A stretch of DNA of 44,373 nucleotides, counting the filler, from Catajapyx aquilonaris (lineage: Eukaryota), in the NCBI GenBank assembly GCA_000934665.2. It is 2 parts of 2 records of this genome, joined end to end, with 100 filler letters (N's around TTAATTAATTAA, not from the genome) between each part and the next. Parts side by side here need not be neighbours in the genome. Positions count along the whole stretch, not along the records: positions 1 to 21,690 come from KZ539453.1; positions 21,791 to 44,373 come from JYFJ02006000.1. The stretch is one strand, 5' to 3'. The notes beneath the pieces were generated by a model. It did no database searches and was not told the DNA's origin. It worked only from the letters and a program-made list of their open reading frames with translations. The stretch's first letter is position 1. Each line of letters starts with the position of its first letter. Position numbers and translations under genes: made by a program. Positions 11,070 to 23,552 of this stretch are shown one piece after another.

Positions 11070-14000
11070 TGTATGCTTCAGTGAAACTGTAATAAAATGT
11101 ATTGAACTGAAATCATATTCTACTTTATTTTTCTTCAAATTCATCCCATTCTGGGGCGGTATTTGAGTTGTATTGGAAATGTAGAAGAACCTAAATAACC
11201 AAGATAAATTGCAAACGATCCAATTAGGAGGCACTCACTTTCTTATATTGTTCTCAGGGCAAGTCCATCTCCAAAGATGGGGGGACACAACAATAACCGG
11301 TTGTTTGCTGGTTGCTCAAGGAAAACGTGCACAGGGTTGAATAACCAAGCGAGTTCCGAAAATATTGAACCATCATCGCGTGCCCTACACCGCATATCAT
11401 GTGTTAATGTATGCTGTATGGTCAAACTAAATAACCATCCGTTCGATACAAATGATATCTTTTTTTACGTGTAACGAGAAATAAAAGTAGGCTACCGTTG
11501 CCCTTCAAGGTCAAATTCTGAAACATATGTTGTAGTACTGTAGTGTACAGTACAAGGGCAGATGATGAACCATTCCACACTTGTTCTGGCCAACAGCACT
11601 CACACCGCGCCTTTGCACTCCTAATAGCAGAGGTTAATGACTCAGAGCAAAAAATATAACCCTCAGGAACGACAAACCTGTTGGGTCATCACTGATGGTT
11701 TTTTGCAATATGCTCTCATTTTCTTATGTGCTTTTAATACATTTCATTTTTTAAACTGCTTCATGGGCATGACTGATCCACTACCATGGATCTCATACTG
11801 TACTACCTGATGGCTCTGTCATCTAATAGGTACTTGTTAATTATATAATTCCTCTACATCACTTCCCAGAAATACCTTCGAGGTTGTTTTTTTCAACCCT
11901 TATTTTGCTAGGCCATACACCCTCTTCAGGTGGCCAATGACGCCAATGTTTGCCAATGATGAAAAGGGTATACCCAAGTACATGCAAGTCAGACTTGGCA
12001 TCGAATAAGGAAAATTTTAAATATCTTAGCAACTTGCTGCCTTTGTCAAAGACCACCCATTTGGACTTTAGTGGGATGACTCACAGTGTTGTCGTAGAAG
12101 TTGCAAACACTCTTCTACTTTGCCTGAGACAGTAAGGTGGATTGTCTGCAAGGTGTTCAGGATAAGCCAGTAATACGTCATCCTCATGGTTTGATTCTGA
12201 GCTGACCCAGGAGCACCCTTTATCAACTATTCTATTTCATGTGCTGCATGGAATTAATTAAATAGAATTTGAGAGAGGATCACCTTGCAAGATGCCCTTC
12301 CTTATAAATACTAAACTGTCAAAATATACATGAACAGTAATGTTTATCATTATTATTTGTCACTAAAATTGGCCAGTAAAATTGTTCAATAATAATTACC
12401 AAGATTATGTTTCACCCCCTTTAAATGTAGAAGTTACTCTCAAACACACCTACAAGTAGTAGGCTACTATTCAGTCACATGCAAATAATTGGCAATGCAT
12501 TTGTTATATATGCAAAACAAAGCTGACCCGATAGCCTGAATAATTTTGTAAAATGCTTTAAAAATTCCACTTGGGCCTATTTATGTCTTTGGTTTCCTGA
12601 AAATTCAACATCAAAAACTCTGCTTCAGATAATAGTGTATTGGTGTATTCAATATCTTGCAAACCATATGAAAACAGTGCCTGAACAGTATGAATAGGCA
12701 AACAATGACAGCAGCCCTAGCTATCTCACAAGGGAACTTTCCGAGGTTTCAATAACGGATCCGAATGAAACTGAACATCCTAATGTGATAACCGAAAAGT
12801 AAGTCATTTTGTACTGATCTGCATACTTGCAAAAGTTATGACGTGTACAAGTACCAAAAAAAGTACGCTACATTTCCTTATGCAATGGGATTTTATTAGG
12901 GACCAGCGGTGACACTGAAGCAGCCTGTCGTCAGTTTTATTGCACCAAACACATGATTAAGCTGTCAAGAAGCACATTGAAATATTAGTTTCATTATAAA
13001 CCATTCATTAAGAAGTGCACTTAATCTTCTATAGCCTAATATTAAAATGCTTGCGTTGCACGTATAAGCCCTCTGATTGGTCCGCCCCCGTATTGTTGCC
13101 GCCACCTCTTCCTAGCTATTGGCCCCCGTCCATTGTTGCTGCGTCGTATCCATGACGAATTGTTACCATGACGCCTCTGATTGGCCCCCGTTCCGAGGAT
13201 GCGCAGTGGGGGTGGAACACGTCCAGTTGCCTGCTGACCTCTGGGAGAAGGTCGCTTTTTTCGTCTCTCCCGCCCCCGTCACAGTCACCTGCCGGACCTT
13301 TTTCCCTTCCCCNNNNNNNNNNNNNNNNNNNNNNNNCCCCCCCTTCGCCCGGGGTCGCTGCTTATTGAAAAATGGCCGTATGCACTGGAGGAGAAATGTA
13401 AGTTCGAAATTCTAACCTTAGCATTAGGCCTACTGATCGGACTGCTTAGGATGTGCGCGCGTAGGCCTACCCATGCGCTGTGCTTTCACAGATGATGGGA
13501 AGTACAGTACACTGTCTTCCAGGCACTTCTTTCGGTGTAGTGTCGGAAACTGACTATACCGTCGAATACGTAGAATCGAACGTAAATAATCGGGTTGCAA
13601 ATCTACCCACGTTCCAATTAGCCAGGAATTCATATTGTTGGTCTTCCAGTAGTGGTGCCAACTGGCAGGTTGTTTATACAGTCAGTGAAGGTTATTGAGT
13701 TGGCACAGCTGGCAACCAACAATAGAATCCAATTACACTGTACTCACGATTATCCGGGAGCGGATTATCCGTGCATCGCCATAATATAAACATTTAAGTC
13801 CGAAAAAATGTGTCGAATATTTGTCCCACTGCTAGATAGTGTATAGGCCTACTGCTAACTTACCAGTACCAGTGCCAACACTGGTACTGTACTGCAAAGT
13901 TAGCAGTGGTACGAAAATTCCACCCAATAGCAATGTCAATGTGTCTCGCCAACGAAAAAATATACCATACTTTTTCTAGAATGCAAAGTAAAATTCTATG

Positions 14001-14254
14001 GCAAGTTTAATTTTTTTGATTAACCAAGCAGCATGCTCTTTGTACAGTATTACATCAACAACCTAGCTGTGAATAGCTCCCTTTCCAGGACCATTTTCAG
14101 ATTGTCCGTGTTTCCCAATAATGCTGCTGGGTTTTAATGCTGCTGGGGTAATGTGCTTTCGCCCCCCACATGGGGGCATATTGCACGGACCTTTATTTAT
14201 GGAGGTACATTTTGGTGCCTATTCATTTGAAACGCCCGGGCCCACGGGCAGGAT

Positions 14255-14460
14255 GACAGGAGGGGATGTGCAAGGTGCAGTGCAATGTCTTAAAACGTGG
14301 CCATTTTTAGTGAACTCCCCTGGGTGGTTTAGTCTGTGGGAAATACCACCCGAGACGAAGCCAGAGGTGACCCTGAACACTGCACGAGATGAAGGGGGTG
14401 TCCCCGGGTTGGGATCGAACCCGGGACCTTAACATCCGTGTGCGCGTACGTTACGCAACG
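14255..14460 (-). mobile_element. tRNA-derived SINE, family C (head truncated)
   Basis: Clear similarity to 24317-24526 and 28912-29095 (GTGCAAGGTGCAGTGCA..TTAGTCTGT.GGAAATA..ACCCGA.ACGAAGCC..TCGAACCC.GGACCTTAACATCCGTG); B-box GGTTCGA on minus strand. Confidence 0.85.
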
Positions 14461-14499
14461 GAAGAAGTAGAGGAACTTGACCACGAAGAAGCAGTACTC

Positions 14500-14900
14500 G
14501 AGGATAGCGAGGATGGGGTGCCTGCAGGGTATCTTCACCGTAATGCCAAATGCAGAAGTGCTGGACATTATAGATGAACAGCCGGAAGATTTTGTGCGAG
14601 AAAGTTAGTTGCCAAAGTACATACTTGCATAAGAGACAAAATTAAATCTAATTACAATTTAAGAGCAGATATTCAGAGAGAGAAAAAATGGTATACGTAA
14701 ATCGGGATGAAGAAAATACATAAGAGAACTCAAGTGATCCAACAAAATGAAACCACACAGGAAGCTACAAAAGGAAACAGAAATTGATAAGAAGCGACGA
14801 ACCGACGCACTAGCATAGAGAGAGAGAGAGAGATTGCGGAACAAATTGGAGTGCGACATTTTGGAAGGACAAGAAGAAAAAAAAAGAATTTTTGTTAATA
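14500..14900 (+). mobile_element. Possible decayed LINE ORF1 fragment
   Basis: Purine/A-rich; broken frames give EDFVRE and EQIFRERK..MVYVNRD, reminiscent of the CR1/L2-type ORF1 C-terminal K..I..KK..IYINED pattern; many stops. Confidence 0.3.
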
Positions 14901-16724
14901 GTGAATACGTAGGGAATTTCAAGTGATAATGGAGAACCGGATATCGGACGAAAAATATTTCGTGTTGTTGAAGGACTTACGCGTATTGGTCGTGGAGGAT
15001 AAGGGAGTCCAGGCCACAACACCGAGATGGTTCCCCTGCATCAGCAGGGGCACTCGTCAAACAGACAACGTAGAGGAACAGAGGGACCCGGGACGAAGGA
15101 CCCGAGCCCTAAAACAAATCGTAGAGGCCCATCGAAAGGCACAGAAGAAAAAATGGGGAAACTTGAGGGTTGTAGTGTCTCAAGTATAATGTGAATTTTT
15201 GGTAGTTGAGACAGGACGGATCGGAAATGTGTGTGTTTTTTTTTTAATGTGCAAAATTTCTAAAGCTTTACGTTTCAAGTTCGGGGTTGTGCAATACGGG
15301 AAACAAGGAAAGGAAGTGTCCACCAATATAAAAGAAAAAGGAAGAGAAGACGAAGAGAGGCCAGAGACGGCAAAGCAGACAGACCCCCAGAAGACCCAGA
15401 GCAGAGAAGGAGAAGAGACCAACCCACACACCAGTCAAGATGTAGCTGAAGCTTGAGTATAAGTGTGCAGGGAGATTTTGGGGCCCCATGTAAATAAATG
15501 TAATTAGTAGTGAACACGAGTCTAGCCAGTTGGATTGCCCTGGTTACCCTTTCTGGCTAGGTCAGGCAAGTGCCAACCTGTGGGCACCCCTCTCTGTCAA
15601 GGTAAGGCGGTGGTTTAGCCGTTTAGGAACATCGAGACAGAGCAACGTCACAATATCATGACATGTGTAGCACACTGTAAATTGTACAATAAAACTGATG
15701 ACAGTCTTCACTGTCATTATATGTGGTCTCGAATTAAATCCCATTGTATATGGTAATGTACTATTTTTGGCAGTTTCACATATATGTCATATAACTTTTG
15801 ACAAATACACGACTCATCATAAAATTAGTTCATTGTCGGTTATCACATATTGTCCTCATAAGTGTGTTCAGTTCCGTTCAGTTTCATCTGGATCCGTCAT
15901 CATTTCGTCAATAACTTTCCCTTGTCACCCTGGTGTAGTCCCACAATGATATCAGGTTAGGTTGTTGCAATTTAGGCACCTATAACATCCATGTCATTCA
16001 GTGATAATTTTGTGAATATAATTTTATTATAATAATAATTATTATTATTATCCTAATATAATTTTATTGCATCAGACAAATAATGTCATTAGTAAAAGCC
16101 AGATAAATGTCAAATACCCAACAAATGGCCTTACCAATAAAGCAATAGACCTATAGTCCAGCAGGGGTAATGTAAAAACTAAAAGTTACCACACCCCACT
16201 CTCAATACAAGCATGAAACCGCCCTCGTCCCCCAAATAAGTGAGATTCCAAAGCTATTTTTAATTGCAGTACATTCCAAATTTATTACCATGGATTGTTT
16301 AACCATAGACTCTATTGGGACACTCAAGTATGCATCGAGGTTATTATGTACAGGACAGTCATGAGCATAAGGTGTGGATGGTAGACTAGAGCTCCTCCTT
16401 GGCAGGGAGCTCCTTGCATGACGACTTGCACCCCTTACCAGCAGCACCAGGGTAGGCCTGCTAGTACAGGACATGCCGAGAATACTGTATGTTGATAGTG
16501 TAATGGTAACACTGGCGGCTCCTCTACCAACTTTGATAATCAATCCATTATTTCGCTGTCCAGGTCATGGTCTTCGAATACTAAGGTCAGGATTTGCATG
16601 CAGTTAGTCTTCCCACCCAAGCGCTAGTGTAGCTCCGTGTAGCTTCTTAACGATACAGGGTGTACTGCAAATGTCACATTTTTATGTTATACCCATTTTT
16701 TGGATGTCACATTTTCATGGCATA

Positions 16725-16953
16725 CCGGGTTCAACTCCGGAGGCATTGGCCTGAACCATGCTCCGGAGCAAGCTGGCAAGCTCCCAGCCGAACTCCGGAC
16801 CCGCTCCGACCTTGGCTCCACTCTCCCCCAAACCGGCTTGAACCTTAACCAAGTTCCGACGCTCGCTCTGGATCCGGCTCTACTGTTTCAGAGTGGCTCC
16901 GATGTTAACGGGTTCACGGAGCAAGGGTTTGGTTCGGTTCACAACCCTATGAT
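16725..16953. mobile_element. Fragment of a DNA transposon with GCTCC/GAACC subterminal repeats
   Basis: Many GCTCC(G) and GAACC/GGTTC motifs in both orientations; ends GGTTCACAACCCTA (TAGGG terminus on minus strand, hAT-like). Confidence 0.4.
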
Positions 16954-19020
16954 GCCAGCACCTGGGTGTGAAGAGCTAACAGCACAGCTCTTACCATTGA
17001 GCTGGGATATAAGTGTCTGGGGGCTGGTCCTGGTTAATCAAGACTCATGAATTTGTCAGATGATTTTATTCTAAAAACTTTTCAATAACAACATGTGTAC
17101 GAATAAAAAAAAAAAGAGCCATCGTTTTGAAACCATAACATGCAGGTCTGTACAGGGCGATTAATAACACTCTCCATTTGAACTACACAAATGGGAAGCC
17201 AAAGGAATGTTGTCGTCGCCATCAAAATCTATAAAAATGTACACTGCAGAATTTGGCCGATTCAAAGGAATGAAAGTGTCCACGAGCGCTTTGCTACGTT
17301 TCTACTCTGGAATAAGCATGTCGTAGAGGCGCCAGGCGCTGCCCTTATGTATTCAGAAAACAAAAATGAGAGAAACGCTGCAATAGAAACAAGTAGGTTC
17401 TCCCACGTGAATTATGTTTTGGTTGACAATGAGGTGCACACAATCCTACAAGCTTCACAAGTTGCAGCATCAAAGGAACATGCCACAAACACAAGAAGGT
17501 GACTATCAGATGAAAGCAAAATCTACGTGATCGCCTACAGTTATTATTCAATGCGACAGCAAAAAACGATGGGTGATCACATCTTACACCCCACACTTAA
17601 TACTGATAAACTCTGGTTCATCACACCTAACACTTCTAGAGAGCATTTGCGCCACTTTCAAACCAACACTTTAGCACCTCTTTACATGCAAAGAACATAA
17701 TAAAACTCTTCCAAATACCAATAAGTGACAGGCAAACTCAAAAACTTGTGACGACTTCAAAGACATGGTCCCAAAATGACACTTTTCTTTTATCCCAAAA
17801 TGAATGTTCACAACCATCAATCGTTATGTGCAATACCAGTATCATTTGCCGTCAGTGTCAACCATATGAAAAAACTGTTTCATAACCAAGCATGCCAACC
17901 AGATTTATGACAACTCTCGTTCTGTAAGTACCCCTCCGCCTAGATATATGACATCCTTTTCTGCATGTGCTCACATCATATTTCACAATAATAATACAAA
18001 TGATATAATACCGGCAGCAAGGTGTTGGAAGGATTAAACTTTGTGCTACAATGCAACGATACAACTAGGCAGTATTTCAGCAATTTGGAATGAAGCACCA
18101 TAAAACTATTGCAAACACGAGTGTTATTAAAACATGTCACATACTATCAACCTACAATGTCATTTTTACTAATGTTGTTCAAAGTGAAAAGTGTCTATGT
18201 CACATAAAAAGCCTGCAGATGTGCCAGTCCTTTGGCACTAAACTCTTTACCAGGGGTGACCTTGTCCCAAATTGCATAATGCTGCCCAATGGGTTGCATC
18301 ATTCAACACTGCATTCACAAATCATTGGAAAAGGAGTAAGTTGGCAGGTGGCAGTGCAAATGCTTTGGATGCACACACATACATACACACACTACTGTAA
18401 AGACTCTACTTTGCATTTCCAGCCATCGGTATGCAACTGGGCCATTCACGTAAATATTGAGCTCAAATTGCAGTCACAAGTTTGTACATGCCATCCTTAG
18501 TAAAGACAAGCCAATATGAAGAAGTTAAAAATTTGCACACCAGCCACAGTGACTGGCTCTTCCATTTGACAGTGGTTATACGACAGGAGCCCACATGTCC
18601 CTTGCATCCTCATTATCTACAAAAAAGTTTAAACAATAGTTGGCATTGCTTTCGTCATATTGCACCTAGATTGACGTCTTTAAATATGTGACTTGAGCAA
18701 CTGCTAAGCCCTGTTTATTTATATTTCCCCCCTTTTGTTTGGCAGGTGAGACGGAAATGAGTCAGATGCATATCCAACTCCTGCCAATCTTATCAAAGTA
18801 TTAACATCGTTTGCATGCTAGATCTGAAAAAGGGCAATGACAAAATGGCAGAACAATGGCCATCACCCAAGAGCCATGAACACATTATGATGCGTTGGGT
18901 GCACGAAGTTGGACAGGTTCCAGTCTAAGCTCGTTTGTTTTTGGAGGAGATGGCAGGTGGTGGCCACAGCCATCCTTATTGCAATGCTGCTGCTGTGGCA
19001 GTGGAGCCAAGGAAATGCAA

Positions 19021-21233
19021 TCACACATTAATGATGTCATCACATGCATAGTCCTCGTCAGTGTTCAAATTGGGTGGAAGACTCTTGCTCCCATCAAGAC
19101 TGGATGTTCTCTCTCTGGCCCTCTGAAATGATTTCAATACAAATCAAACACTTTTATATCACCTGCTCTCATTCACTCTCCAGTCAGTCTAGTGCTATTT
19201 GTCTATACCACCACCATAGTGAGTAACCTCACTTGGTGATTTACCTCAGTGTCAGTGGAAGAGACTTTCTTAAGGGATCTTCTGAGTGCCACTAGGTCAG
19301 AAGTGGGAACAAATTCTTTAGGGGACTCTTGTCGGGAGAAGTGCCTTCGAGGAACATCTAATAAGTGCGGAAAAAACAAAAACAAAAACAGGCTGGTTAA
19401 GGCGCATTCAACATGCAATAAAATGGTTGCTGCATAATTCATGTCAGGATCAAGCAATGTGAGATGTGGCAGGGGAAAGGATTAGTGCTGTGATTCCTCA
19501 GTCTGAAAACTCAGTGCTTGGTCACAATATGTTTGCCAACTGACCCGAATCTGGTGGTGGGCTGCGAGGAAGTGACCCGCTCTTCCTGCGAGCAGATTCA
19601 CCATCACCTTGCTGCTTGTTCAGACTGGCTGCCAACTCGCGAACAGACTTCTTCTCTCCATTGTTACTGGTATTTCCCGGAGGTGAACCTGACCCAGAAT
19701 CATTGAGGCCCTCCTCAGGGCTGTTGGGAGCTGACCCATCACTTGGAAAGGTGAATTCTCCTATAGAAGAAATTATGCTTCAAGACCCGCGACAGCATGC
19801 ATGTGAGCTGCATAAATTGCCGAGGCATACCCGAGGCACACGTGGCAAGGAAAGTGCAGAGAAAAAAGTACCCTCAATACTGTCAAAATCCGAGTATCTA
19901 ACCTGACTTCCTATCCACACTAATCATTGACCAAGGTCTTGGTTTGGGAGCAATAGGTGGCGGTCTCAGTTTGGGTCCTCCACATTTAGAAGTAGGGCTT
20001 GTTCCTGGTCATGCAGCAAGAAAAAAAAAAGGACAAAAAAAAGTTTAAGACACAAATAAAATTGGGATAAATCAAGAGCTACAGAAAGGGGAGGACAATG
20101 TTGAGCATGCTTAGGAAAACAACCAACCATCCTTTTCTTCCTTTCCAGTACCCGTTTTCGGAAAGCCATTAGTGGGAGACTTAAGTGACTCAGCCAGACC
20201 AGTTGACCTCAGCTTCACACCAGTCAGGGATGTTGGTGATGGGCTTTTCTCCTTCTCAGGTTCTTCCACTGGCTGTAAAGGGATTCAAGTTTTAAGATGT
20301 GCCATTAAGCACAATCTGACTTACCACCTTGGCCACAAGAGAGGCACGCTTCTCCTGACGTGCTTTCATCTCTGCTAGAACATTGCCCCCAACACCAACC
20401 CCAATCTTTGGCATGGACTTCTTGCCGCCTCCTTTCTCCTCACTGTCATCTTTTTTTTCCAAAACAGGAGACTTGGATGGGAGAGATGTGCTGGCAGGAC
20501 TTTCCTGCGAGAGCCTCCACACAAGGGGAGATGCCTTTTCAAGGGAATCCACCGACTTGGATTTGTTGGCCACGTCGATACCCATCTTTCCAAACACACC
20601 TGAGTTGCCCTTGGTAGCCATTGAGCTGTGGATAAGACCACAATGTTGATTTTACTCAAGTTAAGGAAATATGCCAAACTCTATCTAGACATTACAACAC
20701 AGCCTACTTGAAGTAAACGTCTACAAATATTTCAAAAATTTAAATACCTAGAATATCACATCCTTGGGGGTGTTGTAAAATAGCAAATAGAGTAAATTTT
20801 ATATTATATTTACAGGGACCCAAGTAAATAGCTGCAGGATAATACCTTTTGTTCTTGCCTTCCAATCCATTTTGTCCATCCTCCTTTGGTGGAGGAGAAT
20901 CTGCTTCCAGACTACTGGAAGTGTCTTGTGGTGTCTTATCATCTCGGCTGGCCACATGGAATGGACTATTCTCAACAGATGTGGCTGCTGACAGTGGCAG
21001 TGTACTTTCCTCCGACGAAGGGGAAACCAGAGGAGTAGTAGGTGTGACTGATCCAGGCCTGAAGAAGCTGTCCAGCCCTTCTTCCAGGTCCTGCACACCT
21101 TCAATCACCTCAAGGGGCCTGACCATGGGCCTCGATGGAGCCCTGGTTTTCACCTTCTTGGGTCTAGCTTTTCCCAGGTGCTGCAGCTGTTGACCAGTGG
21201 AACTAGGTAGTTCTGAGAGTGAATCCAGGGATT
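19021..21233 (-). CDS. CARMIL: CARMIL / F-actin-uncapping protein LRRC16A, last 7 coding exons (21233-20846, 20625-20325, 20272-20128, 20004-19903, 19760-19545, 19357-19245, 19122-19021); 5' part absent
   Basis: All six introns are GT-AG with compatible phases. Spliced protein has CPI motif LQHLGKARPKKVKTRAPSRP followed by the CARMIL-specific CSI-like DLEEGLDSFF, then GGNVLAEMKARQEKR, GVKLRSTG, RPPPIAPKPRPWS, SVRELAASLNK, and ends DDIINV*. Confidence 0.85.
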
Positions 21234-21690
21234 CTGAAAAGGATACTCCAGTTCAAGTCTCTGTACACCACATCATTCATCTCTGTGCCATGCTATAAGG
21301 GACACCAGAAATCAATCATTCCTTAAAGAAGAGCCAATCAGAGAAAATTACAGCATAACTTCCATGATTCAAATCTCCAAGGGACAAGGCATTTTTAAAA
21401 CAATTGGGAGTGGAGACAATAATTTCAGATAGAGAAGTCTGAACAAATTGCTCAGGGAAAAACAGTACAAATACATTTGCCTTTCTTACCACACTGTCAA
21501 ATGCAAAATAAACAAGAATGCAGCCCCTGTAATGACATGTCACTATTTACCCTTTCAGGAAAAAAGCTCATAATTAACCTTTGATAACACATACAATGAT
21601 TTTTCTCTGAAGAAATGTTTAGTAACTAACAATACAATAACATCTCTTGGTTCACCCACTTGTGAGTCAATCCACAAGTTTTAGTCTGCT

Positions 21691-21790
21691 NNNNNNNNNN
21701 NNNNNNNNNNNNNNNNNNNNNNNNNNNNNNNNNNTTAATTAATTAANNNNNNNNNNNNNNNNNNNNNNNNNNNNNNNNNNNNNNNNNNNN
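21691..21790. other. Assembly gap with artificial six-frame-stop spacer
   Basis: 100-nt run of N with TTAATTAATTAA at its exact centre (21735-21746). Confidence 0.9.
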
Positions 21791-22095
21791 ATGACACCAA
21801 CATTGCCATGGAGAGGCAATTTGGAATTTACAAAAAATAAATGACATTTTTTTCAAAAATGGCCGCCATTTGACCCCACAAGGTCAGAGGACAGGGTGCT
21901 GCGGGTCAAATTGATCGTCTTGGTCTATAGAACGTCTGTGCAAAGTGGCTTGCTTTCTGCAAGATTTTGCAGCATATTTTTGTGTACCGCTTCGACTTAG
22001 CTTTGCCGCCGAACGGGTGCCATTTTTTGCATGGTTCATTATGTGGATATGACGTAACTTGGGATTTGTTTAAAAGTCATCTCCGTAGCGGGGAA

Positions 22096-22196
22096 ATGTC
22101 AGGAATCAATTAGCATTAAGATAATTATTTTAAAATCACAACAACTGATTTGTGATTTAAAAATAATCATCTTAATAATAATTGATTCCTGACATG
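22096..22196. repeat. AT-rich palindrome
   Basis: ATGTCAGGAATCAATTA..TTAAAATCACAA / TTGTGATTTAAAA..TAATTGATTCCTGACAT. Confidence 0.65.
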
Positions 22197-22575
22197 TCAT
22201 ATGCAGTCAAACGAGATGGCAAGATGTTGTGTACATTACGTCATCGCTGGCTACCCCATGCTTGGGACAATTCCGTGAAGAAATGAATAAATTATGGAAG
22301 AATGAATTTGTAAATCACAACAACTTAAAAATGTGAATTTAGGCAACATTTTTCACGCTTGGTCCTACTGTGCGACGTTATGGATGACCAAAATAATCAT
22401 GTGCATGCAGTTAAAAAGTAGTAAGCATATCTACAAGACAACACACAATGGGGCCGGTTGTAACATCTTTTTTGGGGTCGGTTCTAACATGGTAAAATCA
22501 TGAGAGAATGGTCAGGTTTGTGTACAGATGTTAAAGCTACACATCTCACAGGATATTGAGAGTAGAAATAGTTAA

Positions 22576-22856
22576 CCCTGGAACCGTGACGTGCCTGAAA
22601 GTTACGGCAACCGTGACGTGGGGTCTTTTAGGACCCTATCCATATTTTAATTTTTATTAATTTTTATATAATACTTTTCAATATAATGACTATATGCAAT
22701 CATTCTGTGAACAATGCCTAAAATTATCGCTAATTCAAAATAAACATGCACTTCCTGTTATATACTTTTAACAATTGCAAAATTTCATTGTAATAATCAT
22801 TTTAATGCATTTTAATTCCTTTGGGTCCGAAAAGACCCCACGTCTCTGTTCCAGGG
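22576..22856. mobile_element. piggyBac-type MITE
   Basis: TTAA|CCCTGGAAC ... GTTCCAGGG|TTAA, plus subterminal inverted repeat ACGTGGGGTCTTTT.GGACCC / GGGTCC.AAAAGACCCCACGT. Confidence 0.85.
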
Positions 22857-22860
22857 TTAA

Positions 22861-23051
22861 GGTAAGTCGGGGGAAGACGCCCCAATGTTTTTCATTCTCC
22901 GTGTTGTTACCGTATTTTTTGCTATTGCTATTGTTATTATGACAAAGAGTGCCTTATTTCCACCATGTCAAAAACCTTTGCCTAAATGCATATGTAACTG
23001 AATTAAGTAATCCAGACTAAAAAGTGTTCCAACCTACCCCGATCTCCCGTA
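22861..23051 (-). mobile_element. Small MITE, uninterrupted relative of the host element at ~34950-36865
   Basis: GCCTTATTTCCACCATGTCA..TTTGCCTAAATGCATATGTAACTGAATT is the reverse complement of 34990-35015 joined to 36724-36752. Confidence 0.6.
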
Positions 23052-23114
23052 CTGTATTAATAATTGCTGAGATGGGAAGTGCAGTGGTGGCGAAGTGCAG
23101 TACATAGGCCTATA

Positions 23115-23538
23115 CAGGGTGTATCTGAACTCAGTGCCCCGACGTATATGACTGCCTTCCTAGCCACCAGAGGATCGATTTAAGTATAGGAATCATTATG
23201 TTTGGCCGCCGCATTACGGAGATAATTGGCCGCAAACATGTAGTACAAAATATCCTGTCGGTTAGGCCACCCATCGAACCCTCCCCCAGTCAGAAGGCTC
23301 TGGAAGGTCTGGGGGCCGGACTTTGTTGGTTTGTTGCCCACAGGTGGTAAGGCCTCTTTGGCTAGTTACACCAGAAAATTCTATTTCAAAGTCAGAAGGA
23401 GCGATTAGGCAAAAATCGCTAAAGAGTGTATCTCAGTAATGCGGCGGCCAAACATAATGATTCCTATACTTAAATCGATCCTCTGGTGGCTAGGAAAGCA
23501 GTCATATACGTCGGGGCACTGAGTTCAGATACACCCTG
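23115..23538. mobile_element. Young Tc1/mariner-type MITE with ~110-bp nearly perfect TIRs
   Basis: TA|CAGGGTGTATCTGAACTCAGTGCCCCGACG...GGCCGCCGCATTAC and exact mirror GTAATGCGGCGGCC...CGTCGGGGCACTGAGTTCAGATACACCCTG|TA. Confidence 0.9.
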
Positions 23539-23552
23539 TATAGGTAACAAAC

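Noticed and set aside
13028..13365. Helitron-like element (TCTATAGCCTAATATTAAA start, GC hairpin near end)
   Set aside because: Lacks a clean CTAG 3' end and contains an N gap; too uncertain to call as a feature.
17050..19020. Several ORFs downstream of CARMIL
   Set aside because: No protein-like signal; more likely CARMIL 3' UTR (minus-strand AATAAA candidates near 18714 and 17065), whose end I cannot fix.
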